From the IMG/VR virus record IMGVR_UViG_3300046517_000919: a stretch of 64,000 nt of DNA; one strand, written 5' to 3'. This DNA is from an uncultured virus (IMG/VR IMGVR_UViG_3300046517_000919) (Duplodnaviria; Heunggongvirae; Uroviricota; Caudoviricetes). Under the pieces are notes generated by a model. That model searched no databases and was not told the origin of the DNA. It saw only the letters and a program-made list of their open reading frames with translations. A program made the translations under genes and the position numbers. Of this stretch, positions 55,788-64,000 are shown piece by piece (position 1 is the first letter of the stretch; every line of letters begins with the position of its first letter).

Positions 55788-56011
55788 TGGTCACTCCTCA
55801 CTTGATCCTGCATCTGGTCGAGCAAATCCTCTATCGCCTCGTCAGGCGTGCGGCCGGTGCCAACCGTGCAGCCGGGCTCATACTCCCCGACCCATGCGCC
55901 CCAGCCGTAGCCGTCAGGCGCGCCCTCGTTGCTCTCGCAAGTGACATCCTCCAGCCCCTTGAGGCCGAGGCGCTTGGCGATCCCGTCGAGGCGCAACTCG
56001 TCGTCGTTCAT
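55784..56011 (-). CDS. hypothetical protein
   Basis: GAGG RBS; GTGRTPDEAIEDL. Confidence 0.6.
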   Translation of the reverse strand: MNDDELRLDGIAKRLGLKGLEDVTCESNEGAPDGYGWGAWVGEYEPGCTVGTGRTPDEAIEDLLDQMQDQVRSDQ

Positions 56012-56204
56012 GGCGCCTCTCCAATCGGCTTCATGTCAGCACGGATTTTGCCGGTTCCCTTGCGGAGCACGGTCGGGATGTCCTTGGCATGCTGCGCGCA
56101 ATAGACGTTGCCCTTGGGGTCCGCCCAGCGGGCCTCCCGCGTGCATTGGCTCCCAGCCCCATGCTTCCAATTGATGCGCGAGGTTGTTCTGGCTTGGCAT
56201 TGGG

Positions 56205-56396
56205 TCATCGCTTCTCTCCCGGTTTCGAGGGCTTGTGACGGTAGGCCCCGGTGCGGTTGATCACGGCGCGGATCGTGGCGTGGCTGACGTTGAACGAGCG
56301 CGCCAGCGCCATCACTGTCCACTTGGTGTTCTGGGTCCGGTAGAGGTCGCGGACTTCGTCCGCTTCCTTCGGTGGCAGTTGAGTGCGGCGGCTCAT
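56205..56396 (-). CDS. small HTH protein
   Basis: TVMALARSFNVSHATIRAVI; GGAGG RBS. Confidence 0.55.
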   Translation of the reverse strand: MSRRTQLPPKEADEVRDLYRTQNTKWTVMALARSFNVSHATIRAVINRTGAYRHKPSKPGEKR

Positions 56397-56706
56397 CGCA
56401 TCGCCCTCCACTTGAGCCAATCGGCGCGCGAGGCGAAGCACATGTACCCGCCGTCGACCTTGCAGATGATGGCGGCGCGCGGGTATCGGCGGCGCGCCGC
56501 GCGGTAACTCTTGACGGGCACGAAGACCATCGCTCACCCCCTCCACATGCCGCTGCGGCGCAACCTATGGCAGGGCTGGCAGACGGTCAGCGGCGCCCCT
56601 CTCTCTTCCCACTCCAGTTCCACCCCAAGCTGGCGCACGACCTTGTTGGTATGCAGCGGCTCCTTCCTGTGATGGCAGAGCGGGCATTTGTCGTTAGCAA
56701 GGTTTC

Positions 56707-57135
56707 TCATCGTTCTCTCCCCAACTGGATATTGCCGACATGCGACGTGCTCACACCGTAGGCGAGGCCCAGTGCTCGCTGGGTGATATGACCGCGCAAT
56801 TGCTTGATTTCCCACACTTCGCGAGCGGTGAGCTTGGGGTTGGGACCGCCGTTCCCGCGCCCCTTCGCAGCCATGTCCTGCATATTGTCGAGATGGGTTC
56901 CGAGAAAGAGGTGGCTCGGATTGACGCAGAGCGTCACGTCACACTTGTGGAGAACGTGCAGATCGTCTGGGATCAGGCCGTGGTACAGCAGCCATGCGAC
57001 GCGCGCGGCATACTGATCTTCGCCTTCGAACCAAAAGCGGGGTTGGTCATGTCCAGCTACCCCGCCCAGCCAGAGCCAGCACCCACTGTTCGGCTCTGGA
57101 ATGTATTTCGCTTCGAAGCGGGCTAAGGGGCTCAC
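56707..57135 (-). CDS. HNH endonuclease with C-terminal HTH
   Basis: PEPNSGCWLW.G...AARVAW...VLHKCD..LCVNPSHL.LGT..DN.QD...KGR. Confidence 0.9.
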   Translation of the reverse strand: MSPLARFEAKYIPEPNSGCWLWLGGVAGHDQPRFWFEGEDQYAARVAWLLYHGLIPDDLHVLHKCDVTLCVNPSHLFLGTHLDNMQDMAAKGRGNGGPNPKLTAREVWEIKQLRGHITQRALGLAYGVSTSHVGNIQLGRER

Positions 57136-59123
57136 TGAGCCCCTCCCCGGATCACTGCCAGCAGCGCGGGATCGAGCTGCCGTCCGTACTTGATGACCAT
57201 CGGCCGAGCGGCCTTGGCCTGCCCTTGGGTCAGGAACGACCGGCCAGCGAGCGAATGGCCGAATGAAGTGTCCAACTTGTTAAAGCCCTGCCCGTCGAGC
57301 GAGAAGGCGCCGTCGCAGCGGGCTGAGAGGACGCGCAGAGCCTCGTGGACGGCTTCGACCACTTCCGAGGGGAGATCGGTCGTCCCGTTGCCCCGAGGGG
57401 CCTGTAGGGGCTTCTCAGGGGCTGCGACAGGCACGTCCAGAAGCTTGGGAGCCTCCAGCGCGCCGTCCGCGTCCTTGCTGTCCACCGCCGCCGCGATCAC
57501 GTCCATCTTATCGACGATGATCTGAGCCATCCGGCAGTCGAGCGAGCCGTCGAGCACGAGGTGCTGGACGAGGACGCTGTCGGTCTGGCCGATGCGGTGG
57601 CAGCGGTCTTCGGCCTGCGAGAGGTTGCCGGGAACCCAGTCCAGCTCGGCGAACACGACGTGGCTGGCTGCGGTGAGGGTGATGCCGACGCCTGCCGCTT
57701 GGATGCCGCCAATGAATACGCGGCAAGCCGGATCAGTCTGGAAGCGGGTAACCGCTGCGTCGCGGTCCTTGAGGTTCATCCGGCCGTCAAGCTTGACGAC
57801 GCAGTAGCTCGCGAACGCCTTCTCGATCTGGTCGATCACGTCGTGATGGTGCGCGAAGATGACGATCTTCTGGCCATTCTGAAGGCAGTCTTCGACGTGG
57901 GCGATGACCTGATCGACCTTGGCCAGCGCGACCTCGTGGCGGACCTTGGCCGTCTCGGCAAAAGCCGCCATGTTGCCTTGGTTCAGCTCCTCGACGGCCC
58001 GCTTGTAGGCGGCGGGGTCGTTCCAAGTGCGGGTTTCCTCGACGCGGGCGCGCAGCTTGGCCAGCTTGTCTTCGGCGGCGCGGGCCACTTCCGCCTCATG
58101 CTCGACCGCTGCCTTTTCGGCTGCGCTCAGCGCTTGAAAGGCGATGACCGAACGGCGCTTGGCGGGCAGCTCGGTCAAGACATCGGCCTTCATCCGGCGG
58201 ACCATGATCGAGGCGCGCAGCTTGGCCTGTAGCTCGTCCAAGTTGGAGGCCCCGGTCACGTCCCAGCCGTAGCGGCTCTGGCGCCCGGCGCAGTAGCGCA
58301 TGGCGAAGCCCTTCCAGTTGGCGCCGAGCCCCTTGCGGTCGAGCGCGTGGACGAGGGTCCACAATTCGATTGGCCGGTTGAGGATCGGCGTGCCAGTCAG
58401 GAACACCCGGCGGCGGGCGCGGATCGGGTTGACGACCAGCTTCGGGTCGCGGTCCCAGTGGCCGAGGACGATCTGGGTCCGGTTCGCCTTGCCATTCTTC
58501 AGGTAATGGGCCTCGTCGCAAATCAGCAAGTCCCAAGGGGTGGCGTCGATCACGGCGCGGTACTTGGCGACCTGTTCGTAGTTGATGATCACGAAGCCGC
58601 CCGGGTTCATCGTCCCGTTGGCAATCGAAACCTTGAGCGGGCGGGTCAGCCACTTCTTGGCCTCGCGCGCCCAGTTGAGCTTGAGCGAGGCCGGGCAGAT
58701 CACCAGCACGTTGGCGACAGACTTGTCGGTGTTGATGAGGCCCAAGGCTTGGATCGTCTTGCCGAGGCCCATCTCGTCGGCGATCAGCGTGTCGGTGCGG
58801 GCCTGCGCGTAGGCGACGCCAGCGAGCTGGTACGGGAGGTAGCTGAGCCCCTGCGGGGCCGGGACGGCGATGTCGGCGGTCGCGGCGCGGCTCGCCTCGA
58901 TGGAGGCCTGATCGCGCGCTGCCTTGGCGAGGCGGTCGGCGTTGATGGCGGCGACGGCTGCGGCGTCGCCCTGCGCGAGGCGCTCAGCGACTTCCGGCTT
59001 GTCGGTCCACCAGACCTTGCGGTCGGGGTTCCAGCGGGCGCCTGCGGCCTTGACGAGGTCTTTGTCGGAGAACGCCGAGCGTACGATCCAGAGAGCGCCT
59101 TCCTTCGAAACTGAGATGGTCAT
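57132..59123 (-). CDS. SNF2-family helicase (SMARCAL1/HARP-like)
   Basis: LIADEMGLGKT, VICPASLKLNW, DEAH, LTGTPILNRP.EL, IFAHH, AAGVGITLTAA, QAEDR.HRIGQ. Confidence 0.93.
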   Translation of the reverse strand: MTISVSKEGALWIVRSAFSDKDLVKAAGARWNPDRKVWWTDKPEVAERLAQGDAAAVAAINADRLAKAARDQASIEASRAATADIAVPAPQGLSYLPYQLAGVAYAQARTDTLIADEMGLGKTIQALGLINTDKSVANVLVICPASLKLNWAREAKKWLTRPLKVSIANGTMNPGGFVIINYEQVAKYRAVIDATPWDLLICDEAHYLKNGKANRTQIVLGHWDRDPKLVVNPIRARRRVFLTGTPILNRPIELWTLVHALDRKGLGANWKGFAMRYCAGRQSRYGWDVTGASNLDELQAKLRASIMVRRMKADVLTELPAKRRSVIAFQALSAAEKAAVEHEAEVARAAEDKLAKLRARVEETRTWNDPAAYKRAVEELNQGNMAAFAETAKVRHEVALAKVDQVIAHVEDCLQNGQKIVIFAHHHDVIDQIEKAFASYCVVKLDGRMNLKDRDAAVTRFQTDPACRVFIGGIQAAGVGITLTAASHVVFAELDWVPGNLSQAEDRCHRIGQTDSVLVQHLVLDGSLDCRMAQIIVDKMDVIAAAVDSKDADGALEAPKLLDVPVAAPEKPLQAPRGNGTTDLPSEVVEAVHEALRVLSARCDGAFSLDGQGFNKLDTSFGHSLAGRSFLTQGQAKAARPMVIKYGRQLDPALLAVIRGGAQ

Positions 59124-59176
59124 GTTGTCCTCGGTAGTGTGCCGAATGAATTAGGGGCCGGGTTTGACCCCAGCCC

Positions 59177-59205
59177 CATGTAGCACCTACTGCGACAACA
59201 CGCAA
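59177..59205 (-). promoter_or_regulatory. promoter with operator upstream of the SNF2 gene
   Basis: TTGCGT-N17-TACATG; operator TGTCGCA-GTAGG-TGCTACA at 59179-59197. Confidence 0.7.
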
Positions 59206-59209
59206 GCGG

Positions 59210-59503
59210 TTAGATGATGTCTCGCGAGATGACGTAGCCGAGCGAGCGCAGCCACTTGTAGGCTGGGCGCGGGAAGGACATGACGCCGTCGTAGTCCACG
59301 ATGCGCTTGCCCTCCAGCCCGAGCCCAATCGTCTCGGTCGTCTCAAGGCTCGGGAAGTCCCACTCAAGGAATACGTCAGCGCCCTGCCTGTAGAGCGTCA
59401 TGGTCGAGGCGTGACGGCCGAGGCTGCGCTCGCCCCACGAACCCTGTTGGATGATCTCCTTAGCCGGGAAGGTGATGCTGGCGATGGTTTCAAGGTTGCT
59501 CAT
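59210..59503 (-). CDS. hypothetical protein
   Basis: Coupled ORF in an early operon. Confidence 0.6.
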   Translation of the reverse strand: MSNLETIASITFPAKEIIQQGSWGERSLGRHASTMTLYRQGADVFLEWDFPSLETTETIGLGLEGKRIVDYDGVMSFPRPAYKWLRSLGYVISRDII

Positions 59504-59751
59504 TGGTCACTCACTTTCTCGGCAATGGTTTCGATCTCGCGGATCAGGTTGGTAAGGGTCTGGTAGCGGGCGGCGTGCTCCTTGGCGGCTTGGAAGCCCG
59601 CCAGCCCGCCTTGGACGTAGTAGTCGCGGGGGTTGGGCGCGGCGGCGCCAAGGGCGTCCCGCGCCGCGCGCAGGGCATCCAGCGCGTGGATGTAGCCGTC
59701 GAGGAGCGCCTGCTTGGCGCTCCCGTTGAGGTGTACGGTCGGGACCACCAT
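59500..59751 (-). CDS. phage hypothetical protein
   Basis: PTVHLNGS...L...Y...A..PNPRDYYVQG pattern; coupled to the SprT-like gene. Confidence 0.65.
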   Translation of the reverse strand: MVVPTVHLNGSAKQALLDGYIHALDALRAARDALGAAAPNPRDYYVQGGLAGFQAAKEHAARYQTLTNLIREIETIAEKVSDQ

Positions 59752-60401
59752 CACGCCTCCTCCGCCTTCATGGGCTCGTCGCAGTCGCCGCAGATCAGGT
59801 TGGCGTCGGGCTTGGCCCATGCGTTGGCGTCGCACGCCGGGCAGGAGTACTTGGTCTTGGACGCGGCCTTCTTCTTGGCCTTGGCCCGGCCCTCGGTCGT
59901 CCACGCCTCGACGTAGTCGATCACCACGCCCTGACGCAGAAGCTTGGCGCACGCCACGTCGAAGGCCGCGCCTTTGACGATCTGGTGGGTGACCTTGTTG
60001 CCGACTTCCTTGCCCGGCTGATCGACGCTGATCGGCTTGAGGCCGACGCGGTGCATCCACGCCGCCCATTCGCGGTTGTGGTAGCCGCCCTTGGCGGGTT
60101 TGCCGGTGTGGTACTGCTCCAGATGCACCATCTCGTGGACGAGGATCGACAGGATGAAGGTCGTATCGGTCTTCTCGAAATGGGATGGGTTCAGCGCGAT
60201 CTCGTCGGTGTGGGCCTTGCCGTCGCGGGTCTTGAAGCGCGCCCCGGCGAAATATCCGCCGCAGTTTGCCTTGCGCTGGAGGGTGACGAGGCACGTCGGC
60301 AGTTTGCCGCCGAACAGCTCGGCGTTGAGGTAGTCGTAGGCCTGAACCAAGCTGAGATAGGTGGTCTTGGTGGGGTCTTTGGCTGGGGTAATGGCGTTCA
60401 T
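59751..60401 (-). CDS. SprT-like zinc metalloprotease domain protein
   Basis: YDYLNAELFGGKLP...EIALNP...ILVHEMVH...YHNREW...KYSCPAC...LICGDC. Confidence 0.9.
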   Translation of the reverse strand: MNAITPAKDPTKTTYLSLVQAYDYLNAELFGGKLPTCLVTLQRKANCGGYFAGARFKTRDGKAHTDEIALNPSHFEKTDTTFILSILVHEMVHLEQYHTGKPAKGGYHNREWAAWMHRVGLKPISVDQPGKEVGNKVTHQIVKGAAFDVACAKLLRQGVVIDYVEAWTTEGRAKAKKKAASKTKYSCPACDANAWAKPDANLICGDCDEPMKAEEA

Positions 60402-60445
60402 GGAACTGCTCCCTTCGTGACGCAGATGATCCTGCGTCGTACGAC

Positions 60446-60473
60446 GGTGTAGCAGTTACTGCGACAAAGTCAA
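60446..60473 (-). promoter_or_regulatory. promoter with operator upstream of the SprT-like gene
   Basis: TTGACT-N16-TACACC; operator TGTCGCA-GTAAC-TGCTACA at 60448-60466; CGTCGTACGACG palindrome adjacent. Confidence 0.7.
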
Positions 60474-62299
60474 CTGATAGGGGTGAATATGTGGGTGGCG
60501 GGGTTGATCGTCCCGATGGTCACCCAAGCGCCAGTGCTGTCCTGCACTTGCACGGCTTGCAGCGTCGAGGGCGGCGGCAAGGCGATGATGCCGATATTGA
60601 GCGTCGCAGGCAGGGTGCCGACCACCGGCAGCGGCGTCACCAAGATCTGGTTGCTGAGCTGCGAGGTCACCGAGGCTTGGGTGTTCGTGCCGATGACCAC
60701 GCAGCCAATATTGGAGTTGGTGTCGTTGGGATCATGGGTCTGGTAGTTAGATGAGTCGGTCCCGACCGGGACCGTCCCATTCCGCTTCCAGTTGTAGGAA
60801 AGCGTCGGCGAGCCGGTCCAAGAGCCGCCGTCGCAATGCAGGGTCGAGCCCACTTGCGAGAGGCCGGTTATCTGGGGCTGCACGAGGATAGTCGGCGGCG
60901 GGCCGAGCCCTGACGTGATGGTGATGCCCGCAGTGGCTGTTGCGGTTACTGGCCCGGCTGCGTTGGTCGCGGTGACGACGCAAGTCAGGGTGGTGCCCAC
61001 ATAAGAGTTGTCGGCGACGAAATCCGGCGAATTGGGAGCGCTGGTGATGGTGATCCCATTGCCCTTCCACACGTAGGAATAAGTCGGCGAGTACAGCCAA
61101 TTGCCATGGTCGCAATGGATGGTGGTCGTGGCGCCCGGCGTCACCAGTTGCGAGCCCGAGAGGGTGGGGCTCGACTGGAGCACCGGCAGCGCCGTCACGG
61201 TGATCTGGTTGCTGATCGGCGATGTCCCCGAGCCGCCCGCATTGGTCGCAGTGACGATGACGCCAATTTGCGCGTTGAAATCGGTGGTGGCGACGGTTGT
61301 GTAGGAGGTGGCGAGCGGGCCGACCGCGCCAGCGATGCTGATGCCGTTGCGCTTCCATTGGTAGTTGTAGCCGGTTGGCGAGCCGTTCCAAGTGCCGCCG
61401 GGCAGAGGGTTAACGGTGAGGGTGGTGGGCGCGGGGCCTGCCGATCCGGTGATGACCGGGGCGCCGGTATTGGTGGGCGCCGCCGGGCCGCCGCTGGGGC
61501 CTCGGATGTTCGACAGAGCGATTATCCGGTCAACACGGCGCTCGTAAACCAAGTCCCAAGGGTTGCTGGCGAAATCGACCAACTGTTTGGTGTTGAGAAA
61601 TTTAGCGGCGATGAAGCCCATTGCTTCTCTATTGTGCGGGACGCCGCCTGCGCCCTCGGTCAGCATCGTATAGCTCGTCCCTGCCGCGAGGGCGTTCAGC
61701 GAGGAATGCGTGCTGACTGACAGCACCCCAGAGGTGAGATCATTGACGACCATCGTCGCCCTCGACCCGGCGGCCGTGCTGTAGGAGATGGCGTAGAAAT
61801 AGCAATGCCCGTCCTGCGGGAGCTGCGGCTGAACATCGAAGGTTAGATTTACCTTGCCGCCGTTCATAAACCAAATAAATAGCGGATCGCTATAGATACT
61901 CAGCAGGCAATTCGCGCCATACGAAATCATGTTTTGCGTACCGGCGCTATCCTGTCTGACTTGAACGATGCACCCCATCGTGAGTTCGTTCATTGTCTCA
62001 GGAATAGCAGGCCAATGAGCAGCAAACGTCGATGCCGTAGTAGGATAAATCGCCGGGCCTACTGGGGTCATAACCGAATGACTGACGTTGACGCTTCCAA
62101 TAGCGCTTACTTTGTTTGTAACATAATCATAAAAACAGCCGCCCCCAGCGGCGTTTCCGGTGTTTAGACTTCCCGGCAGGGCGAGAGCCGCCAGCCGCAA
62201 CTTGGGGCCATAGAGGATATGGTTGCGATTGAGCCGCGCTTGGCCGCCGGGATAGCGATACCGGGTCAAAACATGCGGCGGTGCGATCAGGCGAGCCAT
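60470..62299 (-). CDS. accessory fibre/decoration protein: lectin-like N-terminus plus three Ig-like repeats
   Basis: 3x P.I.G....TL.C..G.W..SPT.SY.WK.NG...I.C.V.ATN; beta-rich N-terminal domain ending NPWDL. Confidence 0.75.
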   Translation of the reverse strand: MARLIAPPHVLTRYRYPGGQARLNRNHILYGPKLRLAALALPGSLNTGNAAGGGCFYDYVTNKVSAIGSVNVSHSVMTPVGPAIYPTTASTFAAHWPAIPETMNELTMGCIVQVRQDSAGTQNMISYGANCLLSIYSDPLFIWFMNGGKVNLTFDVQPQLPQDGHCYFYAISYSTAAGSRATMVVNDLTSGVLSVSTHSSLNALAAGTSYTMLTEGAGGVPHNREAMGFIAAKFLNTKQLVDFASNPWDLVYERRVDRIIALSNIRGPSGGPAAPTNTGAPVITGSAGPAPTTLTVNPLPGGTWNGSPTGYNYQWKRNGISIAGAVGPLATSYTTVATTDFNAQIGVIVTATNAGGSGTSPISNQITVTALPVLQSSPTLSGSQLVTPGATTTIHCDHGNWLYSPTYSYVWKGNGITITSAPNSPDFVADNSYVGTTLTCVVTATNAAGPVTATATAGITITSGLGPPPTILVQPQITGLSQVGSTLHCDGGSWTGSPTLSYNWKRNGTVPVGTDSSNYQTHDPNDTNSNIGCVVIGTNTQASVTSQLSNQILVTPLPVVGTLPATLNIGIIALPPPSTLQAVQVQDSTGAWVTIGTINPATHIFTPIS

Positions 62300-62304
62300 C
62301 GCGA

Positions 62305-62793
62305 TTAAGCCGCGTTGGTGTTGATGTCGCCCGTCAGGATTTTTACGGTGCCGGAATTGATGGTGACGCCCAAATTGTTCTGAAGAGCGAGGACGAACGT
62401 CGAAGGCGGCAGCAAGAGGTTGCTCTTGGCGAGGTAAACGAAGGCCGTTGATCTCGGGTACGCCGCCATCACGCACAGCGGCTCCCATGGCGGGGTGTAG
62501 GTGGCTTGGGTGCCAGCGGTGAGCCCGCCATCGCCAAAGGTGGTCAGATCGTCCAGTTGCTCGGCCGCCCAGATGGTGACGCAGGCTCCCGCGAGGAGGG
62601 ATGCCGTGGTGATGGACACTTTCATCGAGACTTTGCAGAGCTGGTCGTAATTGCCCGCGCCATCATTTGCGAACGCCGTGAGGCTCGACAGGATCGTGCT
62701 GCCGTTGGTGAGGGCGGTGAGGTCCGAGGCTTGGAAGGCGTTGGTCCAAGTCGATGCGAGACGGCCGACAGCAAGACCAGTGATATTGGCCAT
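62305..62793 (-). CDS. small structural protein, paralog of 25707..26171
   Basis: WTNAF...NGSTILSS...TTFGDGGLT...LLLPPSTFVLALQNNLG. Confidence 0.75.
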   Translation of the reverse strand: MANITGLAVGRLASTWTNAFQASDLTALTNGSTILSSLTAFANDGAGNYDQLCKVSMKVSITTASLLAGACVTIWAAEQLDDLTTFGDGGLTAGTQATYTPPWEPLCVMAAYPRSTAFVYLAKSNLLLPPSTFVLALQNNLGVTINSGTVKILTGDINTNAA

Positions 62794-62890
62794 GGCTCAA
62801 TTAGCCCTTGGTGGTCCCGACGCCTCGCGCCCTTCATAGCTCAGCCCGCGACAAGAGAAAAGGGGAGCCGTCCACGTCGTACGAATGTCG

Positions 62891-62919
62891 TTGACCGATG
62901 TCGCAGAATGTGCGACAAA
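62891..62919 (+). promoter_or_regulatory. promoter with perfect palindromic operator
   Basis: TTGACC at 62891; TGTCGCA-GAATG-TGCGACA at 62899-62917. Confidence 0.7.
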
Positions 62920-62956
62920 CAGTGCGGGCAGAATTCACGCCCATCTGGAGGCAGCT

Positions 62957-63304
62957 ATGAATTTCAACATCGATATCGCCCGCGACGGTTTCAGCGCCAC
63001 CCGCAACACCGAGGACGGCCCGGTTCAGGTCTGGGAAGAGTATTCCGTCATCATCGCCACCTCCGAGCGCGGCGACCGCTGGTCGCTGGCGGACATCGGC
63101 AAAGGGGCCGGGCTTGTGATCAGCGACGATGAGGCGACCATGCGCGAAGTTCTCGCGGCCCTCGACCATAACCCGGATACCCAGCCCGTTCGCTGGCTCC
63201 CCTGCGATCCGGTCTACGGCTCGGACGCTTGGGATGATGACGCGGAGCATTCGCTGGCTTGCTTCGAAGCCGATTGCTACGGCGAGCCGCGCCCCCGCTG
63301 GTGA
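62957..63304 (+). CDS. acidic early hypothetical protein
   Basis: GGAGG RBS; W...DPVYGSDAW motif. Confidence 0.7.
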   Translation: MNFNIDIARDGFSATRNTEDGPVQVWEEYSVIIATSERGDRWSLADIGKGAGLVISDDEATMREVLAALDHNPDTQPVRWLPCDPVYGSDAWDDDAEHSLACFEADCYGEPRPRW

Positions 63305-63397
63305 GAGCCCCTCAACACCGTGCTTCAGGCCCGCTCCTTCAGCGGGCCTTTGGCGTCAGGAGGGTCCGGTGACCCGCCCAAGCTTAGGAGACGTGAG

Positions 63398-63898
63398 ATG
63401 AGAGAGTTCACCAAGTCCGAGGCAATCGCCCTCGCTGCGCACGATCACTACCATAGCATTTTGCACCTTCACGGCGACCGCTACGGCGTCTGGGACGCCA
63501 AGGGTGACAGCTTGGTTGAGTTCGACGAGGCGCCGCGTCCCACCACCCGCATCATCCAACTGACCGCTACGGTCGCCAACCCAGCGAAGGACGGGCGCAA
63601 GACCGATTGGACCGGCGCCAAAACCTTCGATGAAGGAACGCGCTTCTCCGACAACGGCTCGACCATCCGCATCGTGAACGCCACGGCTTACAGCTACGTC
63701 AGGAGCATGAGCGCCGAGGGCCGCGCGATCCTTGCCAACAGCGTTGAGGTCGAGCCCGAGACGGTCGCCGAGCTGATCGCCGTCCACGAGTGCATGGATG
63801 CCGACTTGGTTCTGCGCGTGCTGTTCAAGCAGGGGCGCGTCAACGCGGCCGACTTCAAGGCTGCTGGCGAGGTGATCAACAGCGAGGAGGTTCTCTGA
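63398..63898 (+). CDS. early hypothetical protein
   Basis: AGGAG RBS; stop overlaps the next ATG. Confidence 0.65.
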   Translation: MREFTKSEAIALAAHDHYHSILHLHGDRYGVWDAKGDSLVEFDEAPRPTTRIIQLTATVANPAKDGRKTDWTGAKTFDEGTRFSDNGSTIRIVNATAYSYVRSMSAEGRAILANSVEVEPETVAELIAVHECMDADLVLRVLFKQGRVNAADFKAAGEVINSEEVL

Positions 63899-64000
63899 TG
63901 GCCGCGACCCGCCAGTGGCGCCCGAGCGAGGCGCAGAAGGAGCGCAACCGGCTCATCCGCCAGCAGCGCGCCAACGACCGGCGAGCAGCCAAGCGCCGCT

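Noticed and set aside
54321..57135. HNH genes as intron-encoded or as terminase-associated HNH
   Set aside because: Both appear free-standing between intact genes, with no interrupted host gene or adjacent terminase visible.
25707..62793. Diversity-generating retroelement or invertible fibre switch
   Set aside because: No reverse transcriptase or invertase; the paralogous cassettes are similar only at protein level, with no near-identical template/variable repeats noticed.
63327..63351. Hairpin AGGCCCGCT-CCTTC-AGCGGGCCT between early genes
   Set aside because: The stem is real but the U-tract is short; it cannot be called as terminator, RNase III site or ncRNA from sequence alone.
1..64000. 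CRISPR array, tRNA or rRNA genes
   Set aside because: No regularly spaced direct repeats or cloverleaf/rRNA signatures were seen; the repeats present are in-frame coding repeats. A covariance-model scan could not be run.

Overview
The whole window is part of a GC-rich tailed dsDNA phage genome with podovirus-type organisation. No bacterial housekeeping genes, integrase, terminase or DNA polymerase were recognised. The promoter style suggests an alphaproteobacterial host (inference). The + strand from about 3.8 to 44.3 kb is a virion module: portal, a 2217-aa multidomain cargo protein, GroES-like co-chaperonin, scaffold, major capsid, adaptor/nozzle, repeat-rich fibres, a GNAT, a 2488-aa ejection protein with a lytic transglycosylase domain and a 1020-aa ejection protein. 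From 44.3 to 64 kb are recombination, replication and early genes (YqaJ, Cro-like HTH, RuvC-like, primase, AAA helicase, ParB-like, lysozyme, two HNH-type nucleases, SNF2 helicase, SprT) plus a second, inverted fibre cassette. Four signals stand out. (1) A short x-x-x-Gly-Gly peptide motif, often as a tandem doublet, occurs about 35 times across seven head-associated proteins and sits at domain boundaries, suggesting a polyprotein processing or capsid-targeting system with a candidate reader protein at 32550-33242. (2) The palindrome TCGTACGA occurs at least 10 times, dispersed across the window. (3) A TGTCGCA-N5-TGC(G/T)ACA operator is embedded in early promoters. (4) An Acb2/Tad1-like anti-defence sponge candidate lies in the head operon. 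All family assignments are from visual motif recognition, not database searches.
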